Part shown: in pieces, positions 40,076 to 50,450 of the stretch
How positions within the stretch are numbered: the first letter of the stretch is position 1
Layout: every line of letters starts with the position of its first letter
Virus record (IMG/VR): IMGVR_UViG_3300031466_000058
Coordinates: 25,903 to 89,902 of that record
Reading direction: 5' to 3' (one strand)
Source: a virus
Taxonomy: Duplodnaviria > Caudoviricetes
Length of the DNA stretch: 64,000 bases
The notes under the pieces: model-generated
What the model saw: only the letters and a program-made list of their open reading frames with translations
Database searches by the model: none
Told to the model about the DNA's origin: nothing
Translations under genes and position numbers: made by a program

Positions 40076-40558
40076 CTACTTTAAAAACTTTCCTGTCCAT
40101 TGGGTTTCTAGTGTAATACCTCTCGGTTTGAACTTATTATATTCTCTTTCAATTTGACCGATAATATCTGCACCTTCGAAATATCCAAACATATAAATAT
40201 CTTTATGCTTACCTTTTCTAACCTTCCAACCTTCACTAATAAGCATTAGAGAATGACCTTTAGGGTAATTCTTACCAAAAATAGAATCATGGTACATTAG
40301 GTCGTTTTCGTATTTTAAATCTATACCATACACATAAGGAGAAATTTTTCTAACTCTGCCTAACTTGATACCTCTTTGAGCATCTCTAGTTCTCACGTAC
40401 TGTTTAGGTTGATAATCGGATAGGTACTTACGCCACACCTTCAAGGCTATGTATTTAAGCCTTCTACCTTCTTGTTGAAGAGTTTTAATAGCTTGTTCTT
40501 CTGTCATGCCTTGAAGGTAGCTTTGTAAGCCTTCGCTTAAATTATTCATTCTCGCCAT
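40076..40558 (-). CDS. Tail-module hypothetical protein
   Basis: Y..YQPKQYVRT motif, synteny. Confidence 0.65.
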   Translation of the reverse strand: MARMNNLSEGLQSYLQGMTEEQAIKTLQQEGRRLKYIALKVWRKYLSDYQPKQYVRTRDAQRGIKLGRVRKISPYVYGIDLKYENDLMYHDSIFGKNYPKGHSLMLISEGWKVRKGKHKDIYMFGYFEGADIIGQIEREYNKFKPRGITLETQWTGKFLK

Positions 40559-41114
40559 TTTCCAACATTTCCTTAACTTCTTTATTTTCTACCTTTTTAG
40601 ATAGCTCTTCTGCTTCTTTCAATAATTCAGTAATATTAACATTCATTCTATCGATAGAAGCATTGATAGTTTCATACATTTTCAGTAATTCATTTTCTGG
40701 CATTAAGTTTGCGATTTCTCCGAAAATCTCTAAATCTACTAATGCGTTCATAGTTTCGATAGCTTCATCAATATCGTCAGAAACTTCCACATCAGTGAAG
40801 TGTTTAATCATTAATAGAGTTATGTATGGTGTAGCAACATCTAAAAGCTCTACTCGCCTACTTCCTTCGTTCATGAAGAGGATTAAGTCCTCTAATAGTT
40901 TATGCTGTTTTGTTTTACGGAAAACGTTATCAACTTTTACTTTATATTCAACTCCGTTAACTACAACAGTATGCTCTGTTTGAGCGTCCAAATTTCTATT
41001 TTGTTTCTTTAATTCTGCAACAGTAAGTTTTTTAGCTCTTGGCTTTTTAGTTTTCTCTTTCTTAACTTCTTCTTGAACAGCAACTTCTTTTTGTAAATCT
41101 TTTTCATTAGCCAT
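40542..41114 (-). CDS. Putative tail assembly chaperone
   Basis: Downstream of tail tube gene, IKHFTDV motif. Confidence 0.6.
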   Translation of the reverse strand: MANEKDLQKEVAVQEEVKKEKTKKPRAKKLTVAELKKQNRNLDAQTEHTVVVNGVEYKVKVDNVFRKTKQHKLLEDLILFMNEGSRRVELLDVATPYITLLMIKHFTDVEVSDDIDEAIETMNALVDLEIFGEIANLMPENELLKMYETINASIDRMNVNITELLKEAEELSKKVENKEVKEMLENGENE

Positions 41115-41185
41115 TTTCTCATTACCCCTTTTATACTATTATTTTTTATATTTGCTCGGATTTATCCGAGCACACTCCTATTATA

Positions 41186-41214
41186 ATTATATCATAAAGT
41201 TAATAAAATGTCAA
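41186..41214 (-). promoter_or_regulatory. Sigma-A promoter
   Basis: TTGACA-N17-TATAAT with TG, just after terminator-like hairpin 41243-41283. Confidence 0.75.
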
Positions 41215-41299
41215 TTTTATGCATTATATAAGTAAATAAAAAAAGGAGGGTAGAAAAACTTTATGTTCTCTACCCTCTCCTTTAATCTCTATATTCTTA

Positions 41300-42037
41300 T
41301 TACAGAGTAACAATTTCGTACAATTTATTTGTTTCTGGGTCAACCAATACATCTAAGTTAAAGTCGAATACAGAAACGTTTTCAACATCCATTGTTAAAG
41401 AGAACGTTGATTGTAATTTAGCTTGTGGAATGATAAACTGCATTTTGCGTAAGTTTCCGTATTGGTCTTTACCTAATGTATCACCAACTACACGATATGT
41501 AGAAGGGAAAGCATTAGCAGAGAATGTGATTTTAGAAGCATTTGGGTCTGTAACTGTATATTCATAGAATGCCATTACAGTATCTCCATCTTCTACACCT
41601 GATAGAGTAACTTCTCCTGATAAGTTTTCAACAACAGAAACTTCAATAGTTGGGTCAATTACACCGTTAACAACCTTCATAACATTTAAGTTGTCAACAA
41701 CGCTTTCTTTAAGACTGATTGCACCGCCAGAAACAGTTAAAGTTTCACGACCTACAACCTTAATTCCTTCAGAACCATCTTTTACTGCGTTACCACTTAA
41801 CATTGCAAGAGATACGTCAGATAGTAATGCGTCTTGCATTGTTAAAGTAGCTGTACGTCCGTAATCCCAAGACATTAAACGTCCGTTTCCTTGACCACCA
41901 CGAGCTTCTGCACTTTCAGATTCGTTTTCAATAGTTGAAACTTTCAAAGTATCGAAGAAGATTGCAGGTTTTCCTGAGCTAATGTCAAAAAAGATAACAT
42001 TTGCAACCTCTTTTAAACCATAACGCTTATTTGCCAT
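41300..42037 (-). CDS. Major tail tube protein
   Basis: YGLKEVANV, DTLKVSTIE, ARGGQGN, QFIIPQAK...FSLTM; strong RBS and downstream terminator. Confidence 0.85.
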   Translation of the reverse strand: MANKRYGLKEVANVIFFDISSGKPAIFFDTLKVSTIENESESAEARGGQGNGRLMSWDYGRTATLTMQDALLSDVSLAMLSGNAVKDGSEGIKVVGRETLTVSGGAISLKESVVDNLNVMKVVNGVIDPTIEVSVVENLSGEVTLSGVEDGDTVMAFYEYTVTDPNASKITFSANAFPSTYRVVGDTLGKDQYGNLRKMQFIIPQAKLQSTFSLTMDVENVSVFDFNLDVLVDPETNKLYEIVTL

Positions 42038-42082
42038 TATATATTCCTCCTAATTAATTTTTTATTATAGTTCTAGTAAGCT

Positions 42083-42946
42083 TTATAGCTTACTAGACCA
42101 ATGCTTTAAGTCTACATCTTTAGCACCTGCCATCATAGCTCTAATGCCAAAGTCGTAATTATCTATAAGTTCTAACCTTGCATACTCATCATAGATTTGA
42201 TAGATTGTGAAATCCCAGATATTTAATTTATTAATAGAGTTACTCTTTGAGCTTACAGCACTAACAATGTCGGCTATATCTATATCAGCCTCTTCACCAT
42301 CTTCTGATTGCTGTCTCTTCTTCTCTTCGACTTTCTTTCTCATTTCTTTAATATGCTCTAGTAGCTTTCTAGCTTCTTCGTCAGCAGGCTCTTCTTCCTC
42401 AACTGCTTCCTCTGGCTGTTCAAGATAGTTTTGTAATCTGACTATTTTTACAATGTCATCAAAATTATCTCTATGTATTATTTTGATTTTGTCCTCGTCA
42501 AGTTCACTAAGCTTATCATCTTTTATTTCAATGACGTTTCCATCGTCATCTTCAATTATAATGCCTAGCTTGACGAAATCTATTGCGATGATTCCGTTGT
42601 CTAAAACTCGTAAATCATCATTTTTAAATATCATCTTTAATACTTCAACCAACTTGTCTTGCATTTCTTTGCCACCGAGCTTAATATAAAAGTCGAAAAC
42701 CTTCAAAGATTCTTTGTTAATTTCTAGGATTTTTCTCTTATTTTCGTCAAGGATAGAACTTATAAAATCATCAATGGATAATGAAATCCATTGGAGATTC
42801 TTCATATAATTTGTATATCCATAATCTTTAACTTCTCGCAATGTGTAAGGAGCTATTTTTAAATTACCTAGCTCAATCTCACTTCCACTTAGCAATGCTA
42901 ACTTTAAATCGATTTCTTTCATATCGTGAAATTGCATGGCTATCAC
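42083..42946 (-). CDS. Virion/tail assembly protein
   Basis: Synteny; IWDFTIYQ...MAGAKDVDLKHW C-terminus. Confidence 0.65.
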   Translation of the reverse strand: MIAMQFHDMKEIDLKLALLSGSEIELGNLKIAPYTLREVKDYGYTNYMKNLQWISLSIDDFISSILDENKRKILEINKESLKVFDFYIKLGGKEMQDKLVEVLKMIFKNDDLRVLDNGIIAIDFVKLGIIIEDDDGNVIEIKDDKLSELDEDKIKIIHRDNFDDIVKIVRLQNYLEQPEEAVEEEEPADEEARKLLEHIKEMRKKVEEKKRQQSEDGEEADIDIADIVSAVSSKSNSINKLNIWDFTIYQIYDEYARLELIDNYDFGIRAMMAGAKDVDLKHWSSKL

Positions 42947-43470
42947 ACTTCTGGTTTGAAGTAATCAGCATACAACCTAATAGCGTCAAATTTAGTGTTA
43001 ACTGCTAAGTGTTGCCAACCTGTAAAGTTGACTGAAACTAATGGATTGCCACTTCTTCTTCCAACACAATCCATTACAGCTTCTAAAATTGCATAAGGTC
43101 TAATTAAACCTTTGCCTATGCTTTCGTCATAGATTAGCCACAAATTCTTAGCAACGATTATGTCAATATGTAGTGTCGATTCTGAAATTAATTCTGAATC
43201 AAATTCACCTTGATTATAGTAAACACGAATCATAGATTTGTCTGCTTCTTCTGCTCTGGGATTAAATGGTACTGGTAGGATTCTACAGAACTTATCATTC
43301 TGTTTAATTATTTGCTTATTATTCCTAAATCCTTCTGGTCTATCTTTCGTACCATGAAATTCTGCTTTATTCTTATCTATAATTAATAGATTGATAAGGT
43401 TTTCATTATGGCTCAAAGATTCCATAATATTCATAATATTAGACGACATTGCATTTATTTTCATTACCAT
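42943..43470 (-). CDS. Putative tail completion/terminator protein
   Basis: Synteny in neck module, DIIV..NLW...RPY. Confidence 0.6.
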   Translation of the reverse strand: MVMKINAMSSNIMNIMESLSHNENLINLLIIDKNKAEFHGTKDRPEGFRNNKQIIKQNDKFCRILPVPFNPRAEEADKSMIRVYYNQGEFDSELISESTLHIDIIVAKNLWLIYDESIGKGLIRPYAILEAVMDCVGRRSGNPLVSVNFTGWQHLAVNTKFDAIRLYADYFKPEV

Positions 43471-44264
43471 AACCTACCCCATTCATCCTCTTCTTCTTTG
43501 TTAGCGTCTGATGGAATTTCATTACTTTCCGATTCGCTTGTATTCACTTGATAATCATTGTGAGCTATTTGTCTCTCAAAATCATCCTTTGATGATTTAG
43601 TTGTAATCTTGACTGTGAACTGAATGATTCCATAACCTTCATCGTTAGTAGTTGTTATATCGTCAATACCTACTACTTCATAAACATTTCTACCGAATAT
43701 AAATCTATGGTTTAATCCGATAGTTTCTGTAATACTGTTCTTTTCTACAGAGACGAATAACTGTCCGACAGGTAATCTTACGTCATATTTGTTCCACTCA
43801 ATCTCGTTCTTGCTTTGACGAGCTTTAGAACCTAAGTCAGTAGCGGAAGCAACACATTTAAAGTCTCGTAAAACACCATCTTTATCATACCATCTTAACT
43901 GTTGGTTAATCTTGATTGCTAACATTTTAATAGCGGTAGAACCTGTGCCACCATATTTATCAAATAGCAAGAACCATTCGTCATCAATCTTAGCATACAT
44001 GCCAATTTCAAGATTTTTTGCAGGTCTTAGAATGATTTCTCTTAAAGTACCTAGTCTTTCAACTTCTACAACCCTGCCATCCATCTTTGTGATATGTGAA
44101 TATAGAGGATTGTTGCTCTCAATCTCCATCACTCTATATGTAGGACTAGCATGGAATGTAGATTCTATAAAAGAAATGGTATTATTATGGTAGGCTTCCC
44201 CGACGTTATCTCCTGCACGCTTTAACCTTTTTTTATATTTATCAAGGTAATCCATATTACTCAC
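43464..44264 (-). CDS. Putative head-tail connector/closure protein
   Basis: Synteny between capsid and tail tube genes. Confidence 0.6.
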   Translation of the reverse strand: MSNMDYLDKYKKRLKRAGDNVGEAYHNNTISFIESTFHASPTYRVMEIESNNPLYSHITKMDGRVVEVERLGTLREIILRPAKNLEIGMYAKIDDEWFLLFDKYGGTGSTAIKMLAIKINQQLRWYDKDGVLRDFKCVASATDLGSKARQSKNEIEWNKYDVRLPVGQLFVSVEKNSITETIGLNHRFIFGRNVYEVVGIDDITTTNDEGYGIIQFTVKITTKSSKDDFERQIAHNDYQVNTSESESNEIPSDANKEEEDEWGRLW

Positions 44265-44574
44265 CCTTTTCGAGCTTTCCTATGGTATTCTTGATGATAC
44301 TAATGCATTTAAAAACTTCTCTCTTCACTACTTTCTTCTCACTATCTGAATTAGCAACCTCTTTCTTAATCGATTCTAGTGTCGATAGTAGAGAAATATA
44401 TTCATAGCTATTTTCAATTTTTATAACTTTATCAAGACCATATAATTCAAACAACAATGATTCTACATAAGTTTCAATACCAACATTCTTCTCTTCATAT
44501 AAAGGCAATATCTTGAATACACTATTAATTAGGGAATCAAAATAAACTAATAATCTGTCTTTATTTTCTATCAT
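44257..44574 (-). CDS. Hypothetical neck-module protein
   Basis: FKILPLYEE...VKREVFKCI motif, translationally coupled. Confidence 0.65.
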   Translation of the reverse strand: MIENKDRLLVYFDSLINSVFKILPLYEEKNVGIETYVESLLFELYGLDKVIKIENSYEYISLLSTLESIKKEVANSDSEKKVVKREVFKCISIIKNTIGKLEKGE

Positions 44575-45154
44575 CGTCAGTCATCCCTACATAAGTATAT
44601 TCTGTAATCATTGCCTTTGCTTCTCTTTGAAGTAGCCTGTATAGAAGATTCAGTTCTCTTAGTTGGTTTGCTTGTGAGTAGATTCTGAAATCCTTATCAC
44701 TAAGAGATTGTTTCATAACTTCTGTAGCGATCAGTTGTGGCTTCATATACTCTACCAACATTAGATGTGTCAAAATATCGATTTCAAGTCCTGTTAACAA
44801 AACTTCTTCTTCATAAATTAGAAGTTTGTCTCCTTTGTTTATCTTGTCTAATATAGTCATGTTATTCATATCTGCCAATTCTTTAGGAGTTAATTTATAT
44901 TTATCTGCAATGCTGTATAGCGTTTCATCGCTATCAACAATGTGATATTTTTTTGTGCCGAAATATTTATCACCATTGTCATCTTCAACTAAATTCAAAC
45001 TTTGTTTACACTTTCTAAATTTCCTTCTAGCTTTCTTAAAATATGTAAACAAGTCATCCTCTACTTCTTGTGGTGAAATCTCTAGTAATGTGTAATCAGA
45101 TATGCTTGACAGGAAAGATTCATAAATCTCTGAAAGATATGTTCTCTTTTCCAT
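44561..45154 (-). CDS. Head-tail adaptor-like protein with inserted LysM domain
   Basis: EIYESFLSSISDY...EIDILTHLM..EY...DF..YSQAN.L flanks; internal YHIVDSDETLYSIADKYKLTPKELADMN...KGDKLLI. Confidence 0.75.
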   Translation of the reverse strand: MEKRTYLSEIYESFLSSISDYTLLEISPQEVEDDLFTYFKKARRKFRKCKQSLNLVEDDNGDKYFGTKKYHIVDSDETLYSIADKYKLTPKELADMNNMTILDKINKGDKLLIYEEEVLLTGLEIDILTHLMLVEYMKPQLIATEVMKQSLSDKDFRIYSQANQLRELNLLYRLLQREAKAMITEYTYVGMTDDDRK

Positions 45155-45168
45155 TTATAAACACCCCT

Positions 45169-45852
45169 TTAATTATTCCTTTTTGCAGAAACAGCGATAT
45201 CAGATAAAGGAGCGTTATCTTCTAATGAAATGCCAAATTCTTCTTGTATGAAATCAACTACACGAATGCTATCAAGTTTCTTAGATTGATATAACTCTCT
45301 AGCTTTGTTTACAAAGGTAACTTTCATACCTTCTGGTAATCCTTTTACAAAATCTTTTAGCTCATCTAAATCTTTTTTAAACACACTTTCAATATTGTCT
45401 GGTGTAAGAATATTTTTGTATTTTTCAGTTAAACCAAATTCTTCTTGGATTTGTCTGTTAAGAATAATCATCCAACCTTGGTCAAATACTTTAGGATTGT
45501 TATTTCGAATCCGTAAAAGCTCACCGTAAGGAATTTTGTCTATTTGACCAAACTCTTGAAATCTCCAAACTCGACCCGTTGAAGTTGAGCGATGAGTTAG
45601 TCCACCATTTAAACCATTCATGACAACAATTAAGTCATCATCTTTGATTTTATTTTCTTTTGCAACAATTACAGTTTCTTCTACTTCTAACTGTTTTGCA
45701 TCCTCTTCTTCTCGCTTAATCATAGATTTAAGTGTGGCATTAGTAAAAGGTTTACCTGTTTCGTCTTTTAGGTCAGCCTTTTCATAACCATATTCATCTA
45801 CCAAGATTTTAATTAATTCAGCTTTATTCAATCCTTTTAAATTTCTAGCCAT
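45169..45852 (-). CDS. Hypothetical head-module protein
   Basis: Follows capsid gene; synteny. Confidence 0.65.
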   Translation of the reverse strand: MARNLKGLNKAELIKILVDEYGYEKADLKDETGKPFTNATLKSMIKREEEDAKQLEVEETVIVAKENKIKDDDLIVVMNGLNGGLTHRSTSTGRVWRFQEFGQIDKIPYGELLRIRNNNPKVFDQGWMIILNRQIQEEFGLTEKYKNILTPDNIESVFKKDLDELKDFVKGLPEGMKVTFVNKARELYQSKKLDSIRVVDFIQEEFGISLEDNAPLSDIAVSAKRNN

Positions 45853-45956
45853 TTTTTTAATTCCCCTTTTTCTCTTGATTTTTATTCTAAGATATTGTAT
45901 AATTACGGTAGCTAGGGGATAAAACCCCTAACTACCAAAATTAATTAAACCTTAAA

Positions 45957-46955
45957 TTAGAATTTTGCAAAACCGTAAACTTTAGAAGTGATGACAGATA
46001 TTCCAAATTTGTTAGCAATGAAGTATTCTTGCATCATATCAGAAGTTTGACCACCGTTAATATCTTGGATAATTGCGTCTCCTTCGTTAACTACCTTAAC
46101 CATTTTATCTGGATTTTGAGGCAATATTAATACGAAGTCGTTAGCAATGGCGAACTCATCAGTACCGTATTTGTGAGATTGTTGAATTTCACGCAATTCG
46201 ATTCCTGCAATTTCACCATAGTAGCCAGTTTTGTTACGTGCGTCATTCATAGCTTCTGTAATATTGCTTGGAGCAAGCTTGCGAAGAGCTAATTTAGTAC
46301 CATAAACAGCTACTTTCTCACCTGTACGAGCTTCAATGTGCATAGCCATCTCAACTAAGTCATCTTCTGTGAAACCGTTAGAGAAGTAGTTGTGGTATGT
46401 AGCACCGTAACCGTTTCCGAAAGAGTTGTAAACTGCTTCGTAAATACGCTGAGTTAAGTCTCTACGGAAGCTTTCAGCAATTCCTTCCATGAACTCTGCC
46501 CAATCTACACGACCTGCTAAGAAACGGTGGAAATCTTCGCCAACTTTGATTGCGTATGTATCAAGACTTACAGAGAACTCTTGACCATCACGTAATCTTT
46601 GTCTACGGATATTACCGTTACCGTCAGAAACTAAAGCTACTCGGAAGATGTTATTCGCAGGAACTTTAAACACATTAGTGTCGCCCCATGCTAAGTTACG
46701 GTATTCTGCGAAACCATCAAACTGATTTTCCAATCCTTCATGAAGAGTTTCGTTAATAATTTCTTCTAAGATTTCGAAGATTTCAACTTTATGTCTACGG
46801 AAGGTTTTACGGTCAATCTTACCGTCTCCTTCTAGTGAAAATTCCATTAAATCAGCAAATGCTTTACGAAGAGTTTCGTTAGCATCTTTAGCTGAATAAT
46901 TTTGTACTTTACCTTTAGCCAAATCAACAGCTAATTTAATCATATCTTTTTCCAT
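45957..46955 (-). CDS. Major capsid protein
   Basis: FRRHKVEIFEILEE, EYRNLAWGD, GNIRRQRL; strong AGGAGG RBS, high-expression codon bias, downstream hairpin. Confidence 0.88.
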   Translation of the reverse strand: MEKDMIKLAVDLAKGKVQNYSAKDANETLRKAFADLMEFSLEGDGKIDRKTFRRHKVEIFEILEEIINETLHEGLENQFDGFAEYRNLAWGDTNVFKVPANNIFRVALVSDGNGNIRRQRLRDGQEFSVSLDTYAIKVGEDFHRFLAGRVDWAEFMEGIAESFRRDLTQRIYEAVYNSFGNGYGATYHNYFSNGFTEDDLVEMAMHIEARTGEKVAVYGTKLALRKLAPSNITEAMNDARNKTGYYGEIAGIELREIQQSHKYGTDEFAIANDFVLILPQNPDKMVKVVNEGDAIIQDINGGQTSDMMQEYFIANKFGISVITSKVYGFAKF

Positions 46956-46992
46956 TATTAATTTTCCTCCTTAATATTTTGTGTCCTAAAGA

Positions 46993-47505
46993 TTAGTTAC
47001 GCTTTACTTGAACAGCGAATGCTTTTGCTTCGTGGTGTAATTCGTTACCTGCGTCCTCAATTACTTCAAATACAACTTTTGCACCAGAAGCGTCAGCAGG
47101 TTTTCCTAGTAAACCATCAGCTTTAACTGTTAATACATCACCAACTGCAACTGTGTCAGCGAATAAGTCAACTGTTAAAGTGATAATATCACCATCGTAT
47201 AAGCGGTAAGCACGAGCTACTTTACCTGCTTCGATAACGAAATCTTCTAATTTGTAAAGTCTTTCATCATACATAACTTCTGGGTTATGGATGAGTAGAA
47301 CATCCTCTGCAATGTCACCTTCGCTTGCCAAAACAGCTTTGCGAACTTCTCTTTCTCCATCCATTAATTTTTCAAGTTTAACAAATACGCCATTAGATGT
47401 AGCAACTGGTTTACCATTTGCATCATGTACAATAACTGATTCCAAATTACCATTATAACCTGCTAACAACTTGTCCTTACGAACAATTTTGATTTCTTTA
47501 GCCAT
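46993..47505 (-). CDS. Putative capsid decoration/minor head protein
   Basis: Between scaffold and capsid genes, strong RBS. Confidence 0.7.
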   Translation of the reverse strand: MAKEIKIVRKDKLLAGYNGNLESVIVHDANGKPVATSNGVFVKLEKLMDGEREVRKAVLASEGDIAEDVLLIHNPEVMYDERLYKLEDFVIEAGKVARAYRLYDGDIITLTVDLFADTVAVGDVLTVKADGLLGKPADASGAKVVFEVIEDAGNELHHEAKAFAVQVKRN

Positions 47506-47532
47506 TATTCATTTCCTCCTAATTTAATATTT

Positions 47533-48903
47533 TTATTTATTCATATATTTTTCAATTAAGCCACCATAAGGTTTTGGTCGCTTATCTTGGTCATCGTTGC
47601 CTACTAACAAACGAATACCTTCATCTTTAGATTTTGAGAAATTTTTCTTTGAAGCTAGTTTTCTACCTAAAATAGCATAGCATTTTTCTTCAAGTTCTTC
47701 TAATGAAAATGCGTGAATGTCAATTCCTTCAACATCTGCTTCATTTAATTGGAAGTTGTTAAACATCTCTTGAACTTTGGCTTCGTGCTCTTTTTTCTCA
47801 ACACCTAATTTAAATTCTCTTAAGCTTTCCACTTCTTTATTTAAATATTCAATTGTCTTGTTAGCCTCTTTGAGAGAATTATTTGCCTGATCTAACTCTT
47901 TTTCAAGCTCTTTGATACGTGATTCTAATTCTTTTGAATAATCTTTTACTTCATCTTCACCTTTTTCATCTTTACCTTCTGGGGTCACATCATCTTTAGG
48001 CTCTTGCTTTTTATCTTCTTCTTCTATTTCTTCTTCTATTTCTTCTTCTTTTCCTTCTTGTTCTTCTTCTTGTTTTCCCTCATCATCTTTTGGTTGAGGA
48101 TTCTCTTCAATTTCAAAAACTTCGATAATTTTTGCTTCCAATTCGTCTTCTGAAATTTCATCGAATTTAATGCCTTTTTCTGTTAAATCTTCGACAGTAA
48201 GAGAGTATTTTTTTAATAACTCTTTTAACACTGATTTTTCCTCCTTCTCTTTTAAAATAGATTCTTTCAGCTCTTTCAACATAGTTGAAAATTCTTGTTT
48301 GAAAGAATCTTTATCTAATGAATAAGCCATGATACTCGCATCTTCGAAGGCAGGCTCAACATCGTCTCCTAAAATACATAGTGCAGAAAAGATGAAGTTA
48401 TCGATTCTGTAAGCTTCTTCTTCTTCATCCCATCTACCATCTACAACCTCAATCTCCATTGATTGACCCTTACCATTCTCGATAACGTCATAAGCTTCTT
48501 CATATCTTCCTGTCCAAAGATAGCAACCGTTAATAGTTAAATATTCACGAATTGCACCATCTTTTCCTTTCACTTCTTCCCATTCATATGTGGCTGATTC
48601 TGGAACTATACCGTAAGGCTTGGTAGTATGAACATATTTGTAAGAATCTAAGTCGATTTTACCACCATGACCTTTATAATCTTTTATTTCCTCTGAATAT
48701 TCGCCAACAATCGGGATATTTTTTAAAGTAGGAAGTGCTTTCTCAACTGCGTCCTTAGTAATAATCGACATATTGCGATTTTTACCTGTGTAAAGGACAC
48801 GTACTTTACAGGTAGAGAAAAGAGGATTCACTTGTTTTATATCGCTAATACTAGCTTGAAACTCTAGCAATTTTCGTGCCAACCTCTCTTCACCCCCTTT
48901 CAA
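47533..48903 (-). CDS. Prohead protease/scaffold protein
   Basis: YTGKNRNMS, PIVG, YLWTGRY, QSMEI, FSALCILG.DVEPAFE plus acidic coiled-coil scaffold region. Confidence 0.8.
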   Translation of the reverse strand: MKGGEERLARKLLEFQASISDIKQVNPLFSTCKVRVLYTGKNRNMSIITKDAVEKALPTLKNIPIVGEYSEEIKDYKGHGGKIDLDSYKYVHTTKPYGIVPESATYEWEEVKGKDGAIREYLTINGCYLWTGRYEEAYDVIENGKGQSMEIEVVDGRWDEEEEAYRIDNFIFSALCILGDDVEPAFEDASIMAYSLDKDSFKQEFSTMLKELKESILKEKEEKSVLKELLKKYSLTVEDLTEKGIKFDEISEDELEAKIIEVFEIEENPQPKDDEGKQEEEQEGKEEEIEEEIEEEDKKQEPKDDVTPEGKDEKGEDEVKDYSKELESRIKELEKELDQANNSLKEANKTIEYLNKEVESLREFKLGVEKKEHEAKVQEMFNNFQLNEADVEGIDIHAFSLEELEEKCYAILGRKLASKKNFSKSKDEGIRLLVGNDDQDKRPKPYGGLIEKYMNK

Positions 48904-48918
48904 GTTTATTTAATTCGG

Positions 48919-50433
48919 TTATGCATTAGGTTTATCTTGACTCCTCGCTGTTTCATCAGAAATTTCATCTGATTCTTTTGGAGGTCTACCATCTTCTCCC
49001 TCGTTTCCTGCAATATTTTCTGCACTCATTGTGTGCGAACTTTGCAGAGGTATAAATTTCTCATGCAACTCTAGTATGTCATTTTCTAAGTATGCCATAT
49101 TCATAGTTTCGATTGGACTTAAACCTAGAGTAGCACTTATATGGCTCTTAACAGGTATTCCAAATTGTGCAGATTCTAAATACATTTTATGCTTGTCTGA
49201 CTGATTAAAGTGAGTAACATCAAGTATATCTATATTGAACATTAGGTCATTAAATTGGAATTTTAAGAATCTATTAACCCAACGCTCAATCTGTGTCAAT
49301 ACACCAAAAACAATTTCTTCATCAGTTTTAATTGACATTAGTAAACCCTGTGATGTTGATTTGTCAGCATTAAATAGTAGTTGCGATGTACCGTTACCAG
49401 ACCAGAAATCTCGCTCTGCCTTTGCAACGCCATCATTGTCAACTTTATCTCTATCAAACTTCAATGGCTCGATTTTCATAGGAGATGTAATAACTCCTAC
49501 GTTCTCTGGAACTACATCTACAGCCATATTGTGAAAGTACATCATCATATCTCTGTCAATCATGAAGTCGTTGTTGTTTTCACTATCTTTTCTCATTGGC
49601 AACTCTTGTATAAGAATCATATAGTTACCAATTTCTTCTCTATCTTTACGAAGTCTCTTGAATCCTTCAATATCGTAGATAGCATCAAACGAACCTGCAA
49701 ATGGTGGAAATATTTCTAAAATTTCCTCATTGACCTTGATACAGATAGTATTTTCTGCGTCAAGTTCAACCCATTCGCTAAGTTTAGGATTTTTAGATTT
49801 CATCACTTTCCATTGTCTATACTTTTGCTGAATTTCATCTGCCCATTGATGTAAAGTATCTTCGTTCTTCTGGAAGAAGGACATATCAATACTAAAGTTA
49901 AATACGCCATCCTCAACAGATGTTATTTTACAAATCTTAGGATCAATTTTTTGTATGTAAAAATCTTGTTTAGTTCTATGGACATATCCATAAAACACAT
50001 CTTCAACGAAGGCTGAAATCATAATCTTAGTCATTTCGTGTCGTAAATTCATAAGCCTAATTAATTCGCCTATTTGGGTATACTGCTTTACAACCTTATC
50101 TTTTTTGTATTTGCTAATATCTTTGACAGGAAGCAAAACATGCGAGAATAATGCCATACCACCAAAATACTGAACTAATCTCTTGTATTGTGGACTATTT
50201 GCATATAAAAGTTGTGAAATTTCAACAAGCTTCTCTTGGTTTCTTGGTAGCTTATATCCTTCAATAATTTCACGAACTTCACTTTGCTTATATTTCTTTA
50301 ATAAAGACCTACCGTTTTTATTGCTAGCTAAATCTTTAATTACTAATCTAGCGAACTCCGCACTATCGAAAACCATTACATTTTTTCTTTTAACAGTTTT
50401 GCTAGCCTTACTTCTTGGATTTATTTCTGCCAA
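48919..50433 (-). CDS. Portal protein
   Basis: Directly after terminase; SQLLY..SPQYKRL, EDVFYGY, IPLQSSHT, GRPPK. Confidence 0.85.
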   Translation of the reverse strand: MAEINPRSKASKTVKRKNVMVFDSAEFARLVIKDLASNKNGRSLLKKYKQSEVREIIEGYKLPRNQEKLVEISQLLYANSPQYKRLVQYFGGMALFSHVLLPVKDISKYKKDKVVKQYTQIGELIRLMNLRHEMTKIMISAFVEDVFYGYVHRTKQDFYIQKIDPKICKITSVEDGVFNFSIDMSFFQKNEDTLHQWADEIQQKYRQWKVMKSKNPKLSEWVELDAENTICIKVNEEILEIFPPFAGSFDAIYDIEGFKRLRKDREEIGNYMILIQELPMRKDSENNNDFMIDRDMMMYFHNMAVDVVPENVGVITSPMKIEPLKFDRDKVDNDGVAKAERDFWSGNGTSQLLFNADKSTSQGLLMSIKTDEEIVFGVLTQIERWVNRFLKFQFNDLMFNIDILDVTHFNQSDKHKMYLESAQFGIPVKSHISATLGLSPIETMNMAYLENDILELHEKFIPLQSSHTMSAENIAGNEGEDGRPPKESDEISDETARSQDKPNA

Positions 50434-50450
50434 ACCTCTCTCACCTCACT

